From positions 21,498,494 through 21,562,493 of the forward strand of contig CM119263.1 in the NCBI GenBank assembly GCA_051294375.1: a stretch of DNA of 64,000 nucleotides. Direction: 5' to 3'. The first letter of the stretch is position 1. Each line of letters opens with the position of its first letter. Shown in pieces: positions 12,441-26,629 of this stretch. Origin of the DNA: Paraspadella gotoi. Lineage: Eukaryota; Animalia; Chaetognatha. Below the pieces are notes generated by a model that was not told the DNA's origin, did not search any database, and saw nothing but the letters and a program-made list of their open reading frames with translations. The translations under genes were made by a program, and so were the position numbers.

Positions 12441-14749
12441 TCTTCTCTCTCTCTTCTCTCCCTCTTCTCTCTCTCTAATTTAGATTTTTGAGCTGAGCCT
12501 TACTCTCAGTTTCTAGATTTTCACCTATGCTAAGAAATGAAGTAAAAAAAAGCGTTTCTGTTGTAGACCATAGTTAGTAAAATCATGATTGTTAATTTGT
12601 TACAATTGCCTACATCTTTTTCTTTGTTTTCTTTCTGTATCAATTCAATCTTAATTTTCTTCCCAAGTTCTTCTTTAAGTTTCCTATCTTGTCAATTTAC
12701 TCAATCTTATCAAGTTAATATATTAAATGTCGTACAAGTCGGTCTGTCTTCCTCCGCCCAAATTACCTCCACTACTACGAACATTACTTTCGCTACTACT
12801 ACTATACTATCACTACGAGAACATTTTAAGTTGATTAAAAAAAAGCGAAGGCGTCAGATCTGTCACGGAGATTTTTTCATCTCCGCGATCGCGTCAACGA
12901 AGCGAGGCTGATTTCCGAAAAATGCGATTCGACGACGAATGTGAGATGAATTTCGATTCTTTCTTGACATGTTTTTAGGTTTTAACAAAATAACTGTCAT
13001 CGAGGCCTCACATTGCAAAATTTCATCATTTTTTTTTGCCATTGTTATATTTACAAGTACATTTCGACGTAATATATCCCTTTTGGTATCTTACAGTCTC
13101 TTGCCTGTTCTTTTCTTCACTTTTATACTAAAAGCTTATTTTGTCACGTTTTTACCTTTTTTACTCTTATCATTCTTTCCACCATCTCATTTTTTTTAGT
13201 TTCCAAACTTTATTTTCCTTTTTCTTCCTTTTTTCCTCATTTGTTGTCTCACTCTTTCCCTCTTTCCCTCGACAAAGAAGAGATTTTATTAGTTCACAAA
13301 AAGTAAGTCATCATTGACATCTGTTTATCGGCGCAGCGGTCAAGGTTTTTAAACTGCTTTAATCGAGAAACATCTGTTCACATCTGACTTTCTTGCAGTC
13401 AGAGACGAACAGAAGGAAAAAACTGAATGGATCAATGCTTCCTATCGCCTACCCGCCCAACCCCACCCCCACCAAAAAAAAGGAGATAGAATTTCCTTAT
13501 TTTACTTACCCTTTTACAATATGTGCTTCCTAACTAATCCTTAGTTCCCTCTGCCCCTCCTTGTAAAGTGACCGCCCACCGGCGCCATCTGCCTAGAGTT
13601 TGCCGCTTAAGATTTTTACTTCGTTGGTTCTTGGTCAAAAAAGCGGCGGCGGCGGCTGGAAAGTCAGCGGCGTCGGCAGCGGCGCCATTTGCGGCGTCCT
13701 ATCCCCGAAAAGAAAAAAAGTAGGTTGTTGCCACAGTTTTGTTTTTTCTCCGCTGAATTTTGTTTTGTTTGTCCCCGCGATTTAGAAATTCGATCGACGT
13801 TCTACTTTTTCTCTATTTCGTAAATTGCTTAGAAAGCGGAGAACGCAACGCCAAATCACTCCACGCCACAATTTTATGGCCTGATTGACACAATCTGTTT
13901 TCGCTGGAATCTGTTTCTTTTCTAATCCTGGCAGCAAGACGGTTTCCTTAATTTTTTCTCTGCAACGTTAACACTCTTTCCGAGTTTTGTTTTTAGTTTT
14001 TAGTTTCCCTTTTTTTTTACACCCTTCCAGTTCCACTCTTCTTCTCTTGCCCCTCCCCCCTCCCCCTCCGCCACTCCCGCCATAACCGAATCTTAAACCT
14101 AAACGAAATCGACCCAAATAAAATAAATCGATTCGTCTTCTCGTTACATTTTTTTCCTTTTTTTTTAAGGGACGAGTTTTCGTCTTGTTTGTTCTTTTGT
14201 TTATTCGTTCTTAGTTTAATTTAGGTGCTTTTTTATTAGGATTTTTATTTATTCAACTTAGAAAGGCGGATGATTTGGTTACGACTCAGGAGAATATTGA
14301 TGGAATTTGTGGTAGAATAAAATCGAGCGTAATGAAACATTGTACGAGTTTTCCTCTAGTTTATCTTTGCTTTTAGTTTTGTTCATTTATTTTCCGTTTT
14401 TTATAACCCATATCCGAATATAATTATAAACAGTTTCCTCATTTTTTTTCCTTCTAACCACCTTCATCCACAAAGTCATACTTCTATTTACGTCACCTAA
14501 CTTACAAATTCCTTTCAGAATTTCCTTCTTTCTTTTTCCTATTTCATCTTTCTTTCGTCGTTATCTTTCTCGTCATCGTCGTTATCGTCGTTTTCGTCGT
14601 CCTCATCGTCGTCGTCCTCTTGGCCGTCAGCGATATCTCCTCTGCAATAAAAGAGGCATAAAAAGGAACGAGTTGTGACTTCGGGAGATCGGGTCATAAC
14701 GGACTGACCGACCGAGGGTTGGATAACTTACCAAAACAGTAGAGAGAGA

Positions 14750-14829
<80 letters not shown>

Positions 14830-16720
14830 TCACCGAATCAAATGCCGTTGTCACGTTTCAATGGAAGCCTCACAAAATTGCATGGGCCAAAAATTCGTGA
14901 TTAACATAAAGTCAGTGAATTAATCGTCGTCCTCGTCGTCGTCGTCGTCGTCGTCGACTTCGTCGTTATGGACTTTTTATGAGTCGCGTAAGCTACGAAA
15001 TGTGGCCAATGGAAAATAATAAATATGAAGTTGAAGAAGTATTTCGCCGATCGGGTGTTTAATTAAAAGATTAGTTTTGTTTCTTCAATCATCATCATGA
15101 GGATAGTATTTTCTAATTCATCTTATCATTAAATGCTTTCAGCGACAGACATTTTCTATTATAAACTAAATCTGGCACCATACGAATTTTAATTTTACTC
15201 TTGTTACTTATTTATTTATACATAATTAACTAAATGTTTTGTCCTCCGCTATCTCACATTACTCGTCTGGGTTTTCCCTAATTCCGTCTCCCGAAATCTC
15301 TTTCGCTTTCGGCCCCGATTCCCCGTCTTAATTGCCCTCTGGCGATATTAAGCCCCAAACGACAGGAAATGGCGCAAAAAAGAGCCGCGTCTCTCGTAAG
15401 CCTTTTATGGGATTCTTCCTCGAGTCGTATAGACAACGACGTTGATTATGATGACGATAGGGAGGCTGAGGAGTTGGGACCAAAATTGTGACAAAGGGGA
15501 AGAGTGCGACGACATTGACGCTGATAATGACGAAATATTTCTTTTTTATATTCTATTCTACGAAGCGAGTTCTTATATTGCGTCTTCTAACCAAAATATC
15601 GGCGCATCGTCCACCAAAGAGAGCGTTTACTTTCGCTATGGCTTTTTATTATATCCGCACTAATGGGGACGTCGCCGTATGTCATTGACGAAGGTGGGTT
15701 TGGAAGGTAACGTCTTAAATTGCTGAAAAAAAAAGAGAGCAAAAGGGATCACAATATCTCTGGCTAACAAACAATTATCATGCATACCTTCATAAGTTCA
15801 TATACTTTGTCAACCGAATAATAAAAAGGAATCGAGCAGAAGCTAGAAACGAGCCCGGTCGCTCGCCCTCGCTCGTTTACGAGAAGAATAAATCAAAGGA
15901 AAACGGGAAAGTGTTTTTGTATTCGTAATTTGGTCAGAGCGCTCTCATCTGACAAATTAGGACATCGCGCCACGGGAAAGGATGTTAAATGTTATACCTC
16001 GCAAATCAATTTTTCCTCTCTCAATCCTTTTTTTGCTCTGAATTGTATTTGACCGGTCTTTTAGCTGACTGTTGAGCATTTTTACGGGTCTTTTGTTTGG
16101 CCGTCGTCGATGAGAGAGAGAGAAATAGAGACATTTCTTTAGTTATTAGATTTGTTCACTAAGAAACACGTTGTCCGTCCCAATAACAGTTTTACGGGAA
16201 TTTTTATGGACGTTATTGTGAAAATAAACGTCTGAATATATCTCTCGTATTTTCCTTCAAAATCTGTCTCGACATTAAGCTAAATATTCAGATTTTTTAT
16301 CAACGGAGATCCCACGTTGAACAACATGCAACGGGCGATGTTTTGAACGCGCGAATTCACATACATACTGAATGTTTAAATCGTTTTAGTTACATTTCCC
16401 AGATTCAAATTTAATCTGGGAAATAAAAATAAAGTTACGTTTAAGGTTACTATAAAGCTAATATTCACGTTTTAGCACTTATGGTCATCTTGAATGTAGG
16501 AAATGTATGAATTTCTCGGCAACAAATCTTCGTCGCTTGCTTTCAACATCAAATCTTCCGGAAAAATTTCGGTCAAATCTCTTTTTCATCCTCTTTTTCC
16601 CGGAAGAGAAAGAGAAATGAGAGAAAGGGATCTTCGTGGCCGAAATCGGGGAAATACATTTTGACCTGAAAAGGTCAAGCTTGGATTACATTTTTACTTA
16701 TTGGAGTTCAGGGAAAGAAA

Positions 16721-16775
<55 letters not shown>

Positions 16776-17175
16776 GTTCTTTTCCTCATGTTCTTGAAAT
16801 TGCCTTTTGATAACTTTCTTATACTCAATTTCAAATTAACAAAAATCCTTGTGATATTGCCAAGTTACCAAAGTGGATCTCAATTTTCGTTCTCTTATTT
16901 TGATGCGGCGAAACATCTCAATACAATAATTTTTTGTTAAAATTCTTAGCGTCCTTTCTAAACCTTAAAATTTTTCAAATATAATTAAGCCTATAATAAT
17001 TTAACGAAATTGTAAAAAAAGGGAGCAACGTCATTCAGCCATCGCTTCCTTTTCTTTCCCTTCTTCCAAAAATTTGGTCCTCATTTTTTATTTTCGAAAA
17101 CTGAAAAACGGCGATGACTCGTCGCTGTTATTATCTGATATGACGACCGAAATGGCGGCGAAAACGACGACGCAA

Positions 17176-17211
<36 letters not shown>

Positions 17212-17327
17212 ACAACGACGAGGAAAAAATTGAAGCGAGGATTTGAAAAGCCCGTTACCGTTAGTTGGGTGTTTTGGTAATTTCCGAAATAACTCATAAA
17301 TGGTGTAATGAAACTAAAACCGACATT

Positions 17328-17352
17328 NNNNNNNNNNNNNNNNNNNNNNNNN
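17328..17352. other. 25-N assembly gap (also 31178-31202 and 43776-43800; longer gaps at 19891-20096, 20383-20677, about 54710-55205)
   Basis: N runs; three are exactly 25 long. Confidence 0.97.
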
Positions 17353-17580
17353 AAACGAGCATTTTGGCGAGAGTAGAGTTGAAACTCGACGAAGAAGAAA
17401 GATTGGATTTACGTAGATTGATTTTGGTAAGAAAAAATGTTTTTTTTTTCATTTTGGAAGATTTTTTTATTTGACTTGATACGCATTTTTAATTTTTTTG
17501 TTGTTTCCCTCTTTCGTTTTCTTTTCGTTCTCTCTCTCTCGTCTCTCTCTCTCTCTCTCTTCTCTCTCTCCTCTCTCTCT

Positions 17581-17626
<46 letters not shown>

Positions 17627-19358
17627 CTCTCACTCTCAAGGGGAGGGGGGTCCTCTCATCTTCCCGATCGTTCATAAAGACTTTAACGAGCTCCATTCTG
17701 GATTTTTTGAATTAATTTTACACGTGTCTTGCCATCATTAAACGCGTTTAATTGGTTACTTTGTCTCCGCCGCCGCTTGATTACCTGAAGCTAGAGCCCA
17801 TGTTTTTTGGCGAGAGAGGGGGGAGGGAGGGGGGAGGAGTAGAGGAGGTGGGGATGGATGAGGGGAAAAAGAAAAGGTGGTTGAAAGGTGGAAAGCTCAC
17901 CAGAGAGGGAAGGAGAAAAGAATTGGAAGGCGAGAAAAGAGAGAGAGAGAGAGGAGAGAGGAGAAGAGAGAGAGAGAGAGAGAGAGAAGAGAGAGAGGAG
18001 AGAGAGAATCGGCTTCCAAATAATTGAGGAGGAGACGAAGCGAAAAACGAAAATAATCTTTTTACCAAATACAGACTCGTAAAATTATGAGAGCAGTACA
18101 GTGAAGCAGGCGGACAGAGGATTTCTTTGTTCTTTTATGGAGGGCGAATGAATAAAACGAATACCAATACGGAGAAGTAAAGTTTTACATGGAATTAAAA
18201 ACTGACATTTTCATCTTTGTCCCTGAATTTAGTTTCAGTTTTAACTAGAGCCAAACTTCGTCAATGGGGTGGGTCAGAAGTTTGATTTGGGAACGCTTTC
18301 CAAAATGAAACTTCAAATACATTCTGAAAAACTTTCAATGGAGCAAAATTTTCTAAAATGGCAAGAAGCATTAGTAATTAATTTTTAAATGATTATTTAT
18401 AGATAAGAAATGTCAAAAATTTTTTTTTTGAATTTTTTATTTTTTACAAAAAAGCAGATTCAATAGCTTATGAAAAGTTATCTTACACAACAAAGTATAA
18501 TTCTTTTTTTCAATATTATTGGATGATAAGTGGTTTAAATTGGAAAACCTTAAAAGAATCATCATCATCATCATCATGCCGATGATTTTAGGCAGTTTTT
18601 AGCTATTTTTAGTAATAAAAATCAAAATTTTAAAAAGTTGTAATTATATTTTTTGGCTTAACTTTTTAAGCTCTATAGAACAATTAAAAAAACTTAAAAT
18701 CCAAAAAAAATTTTTGACATTTATATAGCAAATAAAATAATATTAATTAGCGAATTAACTCATGGTTCGGAACATTTTGTAAAAATATTTTAACAACAAT
18801 AATTAATACTCAATAAATGGATTAGTTTAATGCTGTTCCATTAAAATTTGAATTTGGTCGGCTACCTCTTATTTAACTGTCGTTGCATTAATCGGAGATT
18901 CTTTCAATCACGCAATTCCTTTCATGAAACAAAGTTGCTCAATTTATGATTAAGTAAGCAATCAACTTCTTTCCATAATTGTGTGCCACAAAAATAATCA
19001 TTCTCATTTATTATTTTTCAATCTCTTTTTTCCTCACTCTCTCTCTTCTTTCTGATTGTTTTCCGAACAAAGTCATTATTACTCAATATTTTTATTAAGT
19101 AATACTGTAAATAATGTGATTCCCCGAATATTAATATCAAGATGTTTCTCGTCGAAGGAAAAGAAAACAAAGAAAAAAAAGAAAAAGGAATGAAAGAAAA
19201 GAGAAAGAAAAAAGAAGAAAGAAAGAAGAAAGAAGAAAGAAAGAAAGGAAGAAAGAAAGAAAATAAAGAAAAGAGAAAAAAAGAAAGAAAGAAAGAAATA
19301 AATGAAAGAAGAAGATAGAAATAGACAGACATAAACATAAATAGTTATATATGTCATT

Positions 19359-19427
19359 TATCTTGTAAGAGTGATGTGAGGCCTAAAACCCACCAAGAAG
19401 CCCGTCCAAAGTCTAGGGGCTAAGATA
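19359..19427 (+). ncRNA. Twister ribozyme family C, noisy copy (duplicate locus of 21063-21125)
   Basis: tatcttgtaagagtgatg(t)gaggcctaaaacc...cccgtccaaagtc(t)aggggc(t)aagata. Confidence 0.55.
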
Positions 19428-20910
19428 GCTTATTTATATAAATGAATGAATAATTTAGATAGATAAGATAGATAGATAGATAGAATAGATTAGATAGATA
19501 GATAAGATAGTATAGATAGGATAGATAGATAGATAGATAGATTAGATAGAAATAAAGAAACAAAGAAAGATAAGAAAGAAACCACCATTTACGAAACCCC
19601 TCGACGAACTTTTGAATGCGAAAATCTCAAGGAGGACGAATTTCTCTCGGGAAGAACAGCACCCACTTTTCAACAACCCCCGTCTAACCTATCTTTTTTT
19701 TTTTTTCTTTTTTTTTTTCCTTCTTTCCATCACTCTCTCACTCTCAGGGAGGGGGGTCTCTCATCTCCCGATCGTTCATTAAACTTTTACGAGCTCCATT
19801 CTGGATTTTTTGAATTATTTTCACGTGTCTTGCATCATTAAACGCGTTTAATTGGTTACTTTGTCTCCGCCGCCGCTGATTACCTGAAGCNNNNNNNNNN
19901 NNNNNNNNNNNNNNNNNNNNNNNNNNNNNNNNNNNNNNNNNNNNNNNNNNNNNNNNNNNNNNNNNNNNNNNNNNNNNNNNNNNNNNNNNNNNNNNNNNNN
20001 NNNNNNNNNNNNNNNNNNNNNNNNNNNNNNNNNNNNNNNNNNNNNNNNNNNNNNNNNNNNNNNNNNNNNNNNNNNNNNNNNNNNNNNNNNNNNNNNCTTC
20101 CAAATAATTGAGGAGGAGACGAAGCGAAAAACGAAATAAATCTTTTTACCAAATACAGACTCGTAAATTATGAGACAGTACAGTGAAGCAGGCGACAGAG
20201 GATTCTCTTGTTTTATGGAGGGCGAATGATAAAACGATACAATACGGAGAGTAAAGTTTTACATGGATTAAAACTGACATTTTCATCTTTGTCTGAATTT
20301 AGTTCAATTTTAACTGTCGTTCATTAATAAACAATATATCTCTCGGGAGATTCTTCAATCACCAATTCTTCATGAAACAAAGNNNNNNNNNNNNNNNNNN
20401 NNNNNNNNNNNNNNNNNNNNNNNNNNNNNNNNNNNNNNNNNNNNNNNNNNNNNNNNNNNNNNNNNNNNNNNNNNNNNNNNNNNNNNNNNNNNNNNNNNNN
20501 NNNNNNNNNNNNNNNNNNNNNNNNNNNNNNNNNNNNNNNNNNNNNNNNNNNNNNNNNNNNNNNNNNNNNNNNNNNNNNNNNNNNNNNNNNNNNNNNNNNN
20601 NNNNNNNNNNNNNNNNNNNNNNNNNNNNNNNNNNNNNNNNNNNNNNNNNNNNNNNNNNNNNNNNNNNNNNNNNNNNNCATAATTGTGTGCCACAAAAATA
20701 ATCATTCTCATTTATTATTTTTCAATCTCTTTTTCTCACTCTCTCTCTCTCTTTCTGATTGTTTCCGAACAAAGTCATTATTACCAATATTTTTATTAAT
20801 AATACTGTAAATAATGTGATTCCGAATATTAATATCAGATGTTTCTCGTCGAAGGAAAAGAAAACAAAGAAAAAAAAGAAAAAGGAATGAAAGAAAAAGA
20901 GAAAGAAAAA

Positions 20911-20945
<35 letters not shown>

Positions 20946-21062
20946 GAAGAAAGAAAAGAAAAAATAAAGAAAGAGAGAAAGAAAAAAAGAAAGAAAGAAA
21001 GAATAAATGAAAGAAAGAAAGATAGAAAGACAGACATAAACATAAATAGTTATATATGTCAT

Positions 21063-21125
21063 TATCTTGTAAGAGTGATGGAGGCCTAAAACCACCAGAG
21101 CCCGTCCAAAGTCAGGGGCAAGATA
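21063..21125 (+). ncRNA. Type-P5 twister ribozyme family C, slightly degenerate
   Basis: tatcttg-taa-gagt-GA-TGG-aggcct-AAA-acc-AC-cagag-cccg-T-CCA-AAGT-cagg-gg-caagata; followed by the family 3' sequence and (TAGA)n. Confidence 0.65.
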
Positions 21126-21154
21126 GCTTATTTATTAAATGAATGAATAATTTT

Positions 21155-21155
<1 letters not shown>

Positions 21156-21250
<95 letters not shown>
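21156..21250. repeat. (TAGA)n microsatellite
   Basis: Direct inspection. Confidence 0.95.
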
Positions 21251-22839
21251 AATAAAGAAACAAAGAAAGAATAAGAAAGAAACCAACCATCTTACGAAAC
21301 CCCTCGACGAATTTTGAATCGAAAATCTCAAGGACGAATTTCTCCGGGAGACCGCACCCAACTTTTCAACACCACCTCTACCTCTCTTTTTTCCTTCTTT
21401 TTCATCACTTCTCTCCTCGCATCTGTTCCTTTTCTTTTTCTCTCTCACTTGTCAATTTTTCTCCTTTTTTTTTATTCTTTCTCCATCTATTTCTTTTCTT
21501 TGAATCTTTGTTTTTCTTTTTCTTCTTTCTCGTCGTATTTTCACACCTTCTCGCTGACTCTGTCTCTCATCGCCTGTCTCCCTCTCTCTCCCGTTTTCTT
21601 TTTCTCCCTCCACGTCTTCTCTCCCACTCTATCTCCCTTTCTCCCCTTGCTCTTAGCCCAGAGCGAAAGAAAGAGAGAGAGGGAGAGCCCACCACGAGAG
21701 TTTCTCAATATCATCTTCATTTCATTTTTATCCATGAGCAACCTTTATCCTGACTCACCTTTATCTTAACTCACCCGGCGGATTTTCTTAAAGCGCCTCG
21801 CGAGTCCAGGTCCGTCGACGAGGCTGCCTCTTCTCTCTTTCCATCTCTTTTTAGATGCGTCGAGGCATCACTTTAGGTCTAAAATAAAGAGGAGATTGAC
21901 TTATCAGAATATACTTATTACCATTTTCTCCAAGTCGGTGTCTAATTGGGTATGAATATAACTATTCTAAATTAAAATTATTCAATAGCTTTTAACCTGA
22001 ATTATTGAGTGATTGAATCACTTAATGTTTGAATGATTAATAGATTGATTTACTGATTTATATTAATGTTTTTATTGATTGTTTGATGGAGGATTAAGTC
22101 AATATTTGATTAATTATTCCAATTTATATATTTAATTTTAATTATTTTGAATAATAAATTTATCTTTCTTTTACGGATTTTATTCTTAAGTATCTATTTT
22201 TTAAGGGATGCTTAATTCATTTAGCGAGTTACATTGTAATCCTGCTTAACAGCCTCCATACCAATTTTTCTATCATTTTATTCCTCAGTTTTAAAAATGA
22301 AACTCCTACTACAAAGGGGGGCGGTGCAATGAAGAAGAAGCGAATTAAATTGAGAAAACCATAGAAGTAATAAGACGCTGGGGGTTTCAATGCGTTTTTG
22401 AAGGAGAGAGAAAGAGAGAGCAGAGATAGAAGAGAGAGGAGAAGAGAAGAGGCGAATGATAGAGATAGATGAGAGAGAGTAGATTATGCCGATCTCTCTT
22501 TCTTTCTCGCGCTCACCTATTAATTTTCTCTTTCATATATTTTCGTCCCGCGATATCCGCTTCTGTTTCTCACACATTTGAAAGTTTTGCAAAAAATAAA
22601 AAGGATGTGGTGCATGTTATCTTAATTTAATTTAATTTAGCTTAAACTTTAAAAGTTGATTTATTATTTATAATAATTTGAAAAAAGTTTCAAATAATAT
22701 TTAAATTTTTTTAATAAAAAATATTTAAAACTATTTATTATAATTTTTTTTTAAACATTATTCCAGTCTTAACAATAAGTGTGACCTTACCCAGAAAAGC
22801 CCTTGGAGCGTCGACCGGGGATGAGGAAAAAAAGCGACA

Positions 22840-23790
22840 AGACGGAGAAGAAAGGAGACAGGAAGGGAAGGGAAGGGAAGAAGGAAGGAGAGGGAAGAAG
22901 AAGAAGCGAAGAGAAGAGAAGAGAAGAGAAGAAGAAGTAGAAGAAAGAGAAGAGAGAAAGGAAGGGAAGGGTAAGGGGAAGGGAAGGGAAGAGAAGAGAA
23001 GAGAAGAGAAAGAAAAGAAGAAAGAGAAAGGAAAAGAGAATGAAAAGGAGGGAAGGGAAGGAAAGAAAGGGAAGAGAAGAGAAGAGAAAGAGAAGAGAAG
23101 AGAAGAGAAGAGAAGAGAAGAGGAAAGAAAGGAGAAGAGAAGAGAAGAAAGCCGAAGCGAAGCGAAGAGAAAAGGAAAGAGAAAGAAGCAAGAGCAAGAA
23201 GAGAGAAGAGAATGGAAAGGGAAGGGAAGGGAATGGAAAGAAAGGGAAGGAAAGGGAAGGGAGGGAAGGAGGGAAAGTAAATGAAGGGAAGGGAAGGGAA
23301 TGGAAAGGAAGGGAAGGGAAGGGAATGGAAAGTAAAGGAAGGGAAGGGAAGGGAAGGAAGGGAAAGGAAAGGAAAGGAAAGAAGGAAAGATAAGGAAACG
23401 AAGGAAAGGAAAGGAAAGGAAAGGAGAGGAAAGGGAAAGGAAAGGAAAGGAAAGGGATGGGAGAGGAAGGAGAAAAGAGTGTAAGGAATGGAAGGTGAGA
23501 GGAAATGGAATGGACGGAAAGGGAAGAGAAGAGAAGAGAAGAGAAGAGAAGAGAAGAGAAGAGAAGAGAAGAAAGAGAAAGAAGAAGAGAAGAGAAGAGA
23601 AGAGAAGAGAAGAGAAAAGAAGAGAAAGAAGAAGGCGAAAAAGTATAGGAAGTAAAGGAAGGCAAAGGGGAAATGGAAAAGGGAAGAGAAGAAGGAAAGG
23701 GAAAAGGTGAAGGTAAAAGAAAAAAGAAATAGAGGACTGAAGGTGACAAAGAGAAGGGAGGAAAAGATGAAGGAACAGAAAGAAAAATGA
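22840..23790. repeat. About 950 bp almost pure purine tract of (GAAGA)n/(GGAAG)n/(GGAAA)n
   Basis: Direct inspection; source of the 346 and 355 aa F/S/L/P pseudo-ORFs. Confidence 0.95.
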
Positions 23791-25930
23791 TAAAACAAAT
23801 AATAATAAAAATTAAAAAGTGGGAAAAAATATTAAAAGATTCTGGATTTAACAAAAAAAGTTTAGGATGTTACGACGAGATGTGAGGTGAGGTGAGGTGA
23901 GGTGAGAAAGAAAAAGGGGCGGAGCGTCGGCCGTGGGTCGAGAGTTTTTCATAAAGACTTCGATGAAGGTCGATTTCAGTTATTCGCTTCTCATTTCAAA
24001 TTAAGCATTTTTCGATGGGGTTTTGTCAGAAGAAAGGTGGTTGATGTTGGGGTGGTTGAGGGGGTTTTAAAAATTTAAAAATTAGAAAATTTTGCATGAT
24101 CGCATTTTATTTCCTTTTGGGGAGATAAAATGCGACCTATGTAAAAAACAAAAAAAACAAAAATAGAGACTTCAATCACAAATAGGAAGAACTAAACAAA
24201 AACGAAGAAAGAAACAAAGACATAAAAACAAAACCGTCTACGTTAAATTCTGGTAATTATTATTCATCGAAGGTCAAAGACTTCGTCTTCGTCGAAACTT
24301 TTAATTCTCTCGACGCTTTTTAAAAATTAGGCTAAAAACTTTCTCGCCGACGATTCTCACAAAAACTTCGCTCGACTGTGAAAATATGACGCAGTAAAAG
24401 GGGAAAAAAGAATTGAAAAACCGCGAAGAAAGGAGAGAAAGAGAGAAAGAGAGACAAAAAAATGGGAAGAATTAAAAAGAAAAGAAAAGACGAAATGATG
24501 AGGATCAGAGATAAAAGATTAGAAAAAAGTAAAGAGAGAGAAAAAAAGAAAGAAAAGTCGTAATCTCCAGAGTCGAATTTGAAAAACGAAAGAAGAACGA
24601 TGGAAGGAAAAGATAAGGTTGCTAACTCACCTTCGACCGGGAAAGTTCCTTCGTTCGTTCGTTCGTCGTCGTCGTCGTCGTTCCTTTATCCAGGCTTTTG
24701 TTCTTACTCCTTCGCTTTTCTTTTTTCCTTTTGTTTTTTCTTTTTCTTTTATTCCTCTCAATCTTTTGTTTCCGAATAATAATCTTTCTTTTTTTTTACT
24801 CATTTTATCCTTTGAATTTTCAACTTTCGAGTCGGAGAGAAAGTCATCAACGACTAATGATTCGAAGAGAAAGAGAACTTACCCTCCGTTTCCGTGAGAG
24901 GAGAGAACTTACTCTCGGTTTTCCACCTCCGTACCTCGACCGCTTGGCCGATGACGGGAGAGCAAACTTTCTTTTTTATTTTAAGACCGGAGAGATACTA
25001 AAAGCTGAATGCAGATACGATTAGCTAAATTAGTATAAAGAGAGAAATTGCGATAGAGAGAAATATTAAAATAGTAGAGATTACTCAGAGAGAATTAGTG
25101 AAATAGAAAAATAAAAAAATAGAGAAACAATGAGAAAACTAAATTGAAAAATGGAACTACATATAGAAACAAAAATAGAAAAACCATGCTTATTTTCGAG
25201 TAGTTAATTCTTATTTACAAAGCTCGTTTAATATGCAAATTTTAGAGTATATTCACCCTTTTTCTCGTCTCTTTCTTTATTACTCATTTAATCTCCAGCA
25301 GCGAAGGGACCAGAAAATAGCCTACAGACAAAAGACATTTTCTGGTTCCCCCCTTTTTTAAAAATAATCTTTCGGGGTCGAAGGAAAAAAAGAAAAATGG
25401 AGAAAAAAGAAGAGAAAATGAATTCATTAACGCAAAAACAGACGGAATTTTAAGACAGAATCATTTTTTCAAATTTAGTAGCGAGAGAGAAAATTTTTCG
25501 GGAGAGGAAGGGAGGTCGGAGGGAAGGGAGGTCGGAGGGGAAGGGAGGTCGGAGAGGAAGGGAGGTCGGAAGGGGGGGGTGATATTATATTTTTTACGAA
25601 AATGCGGCGGGAAATTTTTGGAAGGCGGAGAGGGAAGGGGGAAGGGAGTGGGTGAGAGGGGAGCAGCAGAGAGAAGAGAAAGAGAGAAAAGAGAAAAGTG
25701 AGGGAGATCGGAGTAAAGAAAAAGTTGATGGATGGACCAAACGATAAACCGCTTCCGCTTTTTTTTTTAATTTTTATTCAGTGAGTTTTTTGGGTTCTTT
25801 CTAATTCTTTTCTTTTTTTCTCTTTTGCAATTTTTTATAGCCCTTTCTTTTGAGTATTACTTTGCCTTCCTCCTCGTCCTCTCCCTCTTTCTTTCTCCTT
25901 TCTTTCTTTCTCTCTCTCGCTCTCTCTCTC

Positions 25931-25996
<66 letters not shown>

Positions 25997-26629
25997 GTCT
26001 CTTTTTTTATTTTTTCTCTTCTTTCTCCGTGTCACTTTTCAGAATTTGAATCTATTTTATTCCATCGAGGGATCGATGCTCTTTTGTCATCTTCTTTTTT
26101 GTCGTTGTTGTTGTTTTTAGGATTTTAATGAAATTTTCTGCCACCTAAAAATGATGAACGTCTCTAAAACGAGGAAAACACCAGCGGCGAAAATGTGTGA
26201 CGTGGGAATAAATAAAAGAATTGATAACGAATCGAACTCAAAAAGGAGGAAAAAAATCGGATACAAAAAAAAAGACAAAACTGGCTAACATGCCTAAATT
26301 TACAGTTTTGCACGTAGGATCAGAAAAAAAACTTTTGTAATATTATATTCAAAGTTTCTTTTGAGATTGTTTTCTCCAGCGATTTTTTTTTTTAATCTAA
26401 TTTAATTCTATTAAAATAATAATATTTTTTCTAGCAGAAGGTCACTTGACTATAATTAAACCATGCCTTAACTGTCTGAGAAAACTTTTATACTTTTTTT
26501 TTAAATATTTTTTTTTAATTTACTTTCCGTTTTCTGGCCATATTACAACGTCTATAGTCTTTTCTTATATTTTCATTAAAAAAAATTTTGCTTATTTTAT
26601 ATAAATATTTTTTAAAACCTTTTTTCAAC

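Larger units (their letters stand above)
17631..21420. repeat. Tandem duplication of an about 2 kb unit (about 17631-19739 and about 19740-21420), probably an assembly artefact
   Basis: Both units start cactctca(a)gggaggggg..ctctcatc..ccgatcgttcat and share later landmarks. They differ mostly by 1-nt indels, and unit 2 contains N gaps. Confidence 0.85.

Noticed and set aside
16358-16378. Partial similarity to miR-iab-4 (tacatactgaatgt)
   Set aside because: Seed mismatched and no precursor hairpin.
22758-23854. Longest ORFs (346 and 355 aa) and the many ERER/SLSL/FVRS ORFs elsewhere
   Set aside because: Translations of microsatellites, purine tracts or N gaps; no domain content.
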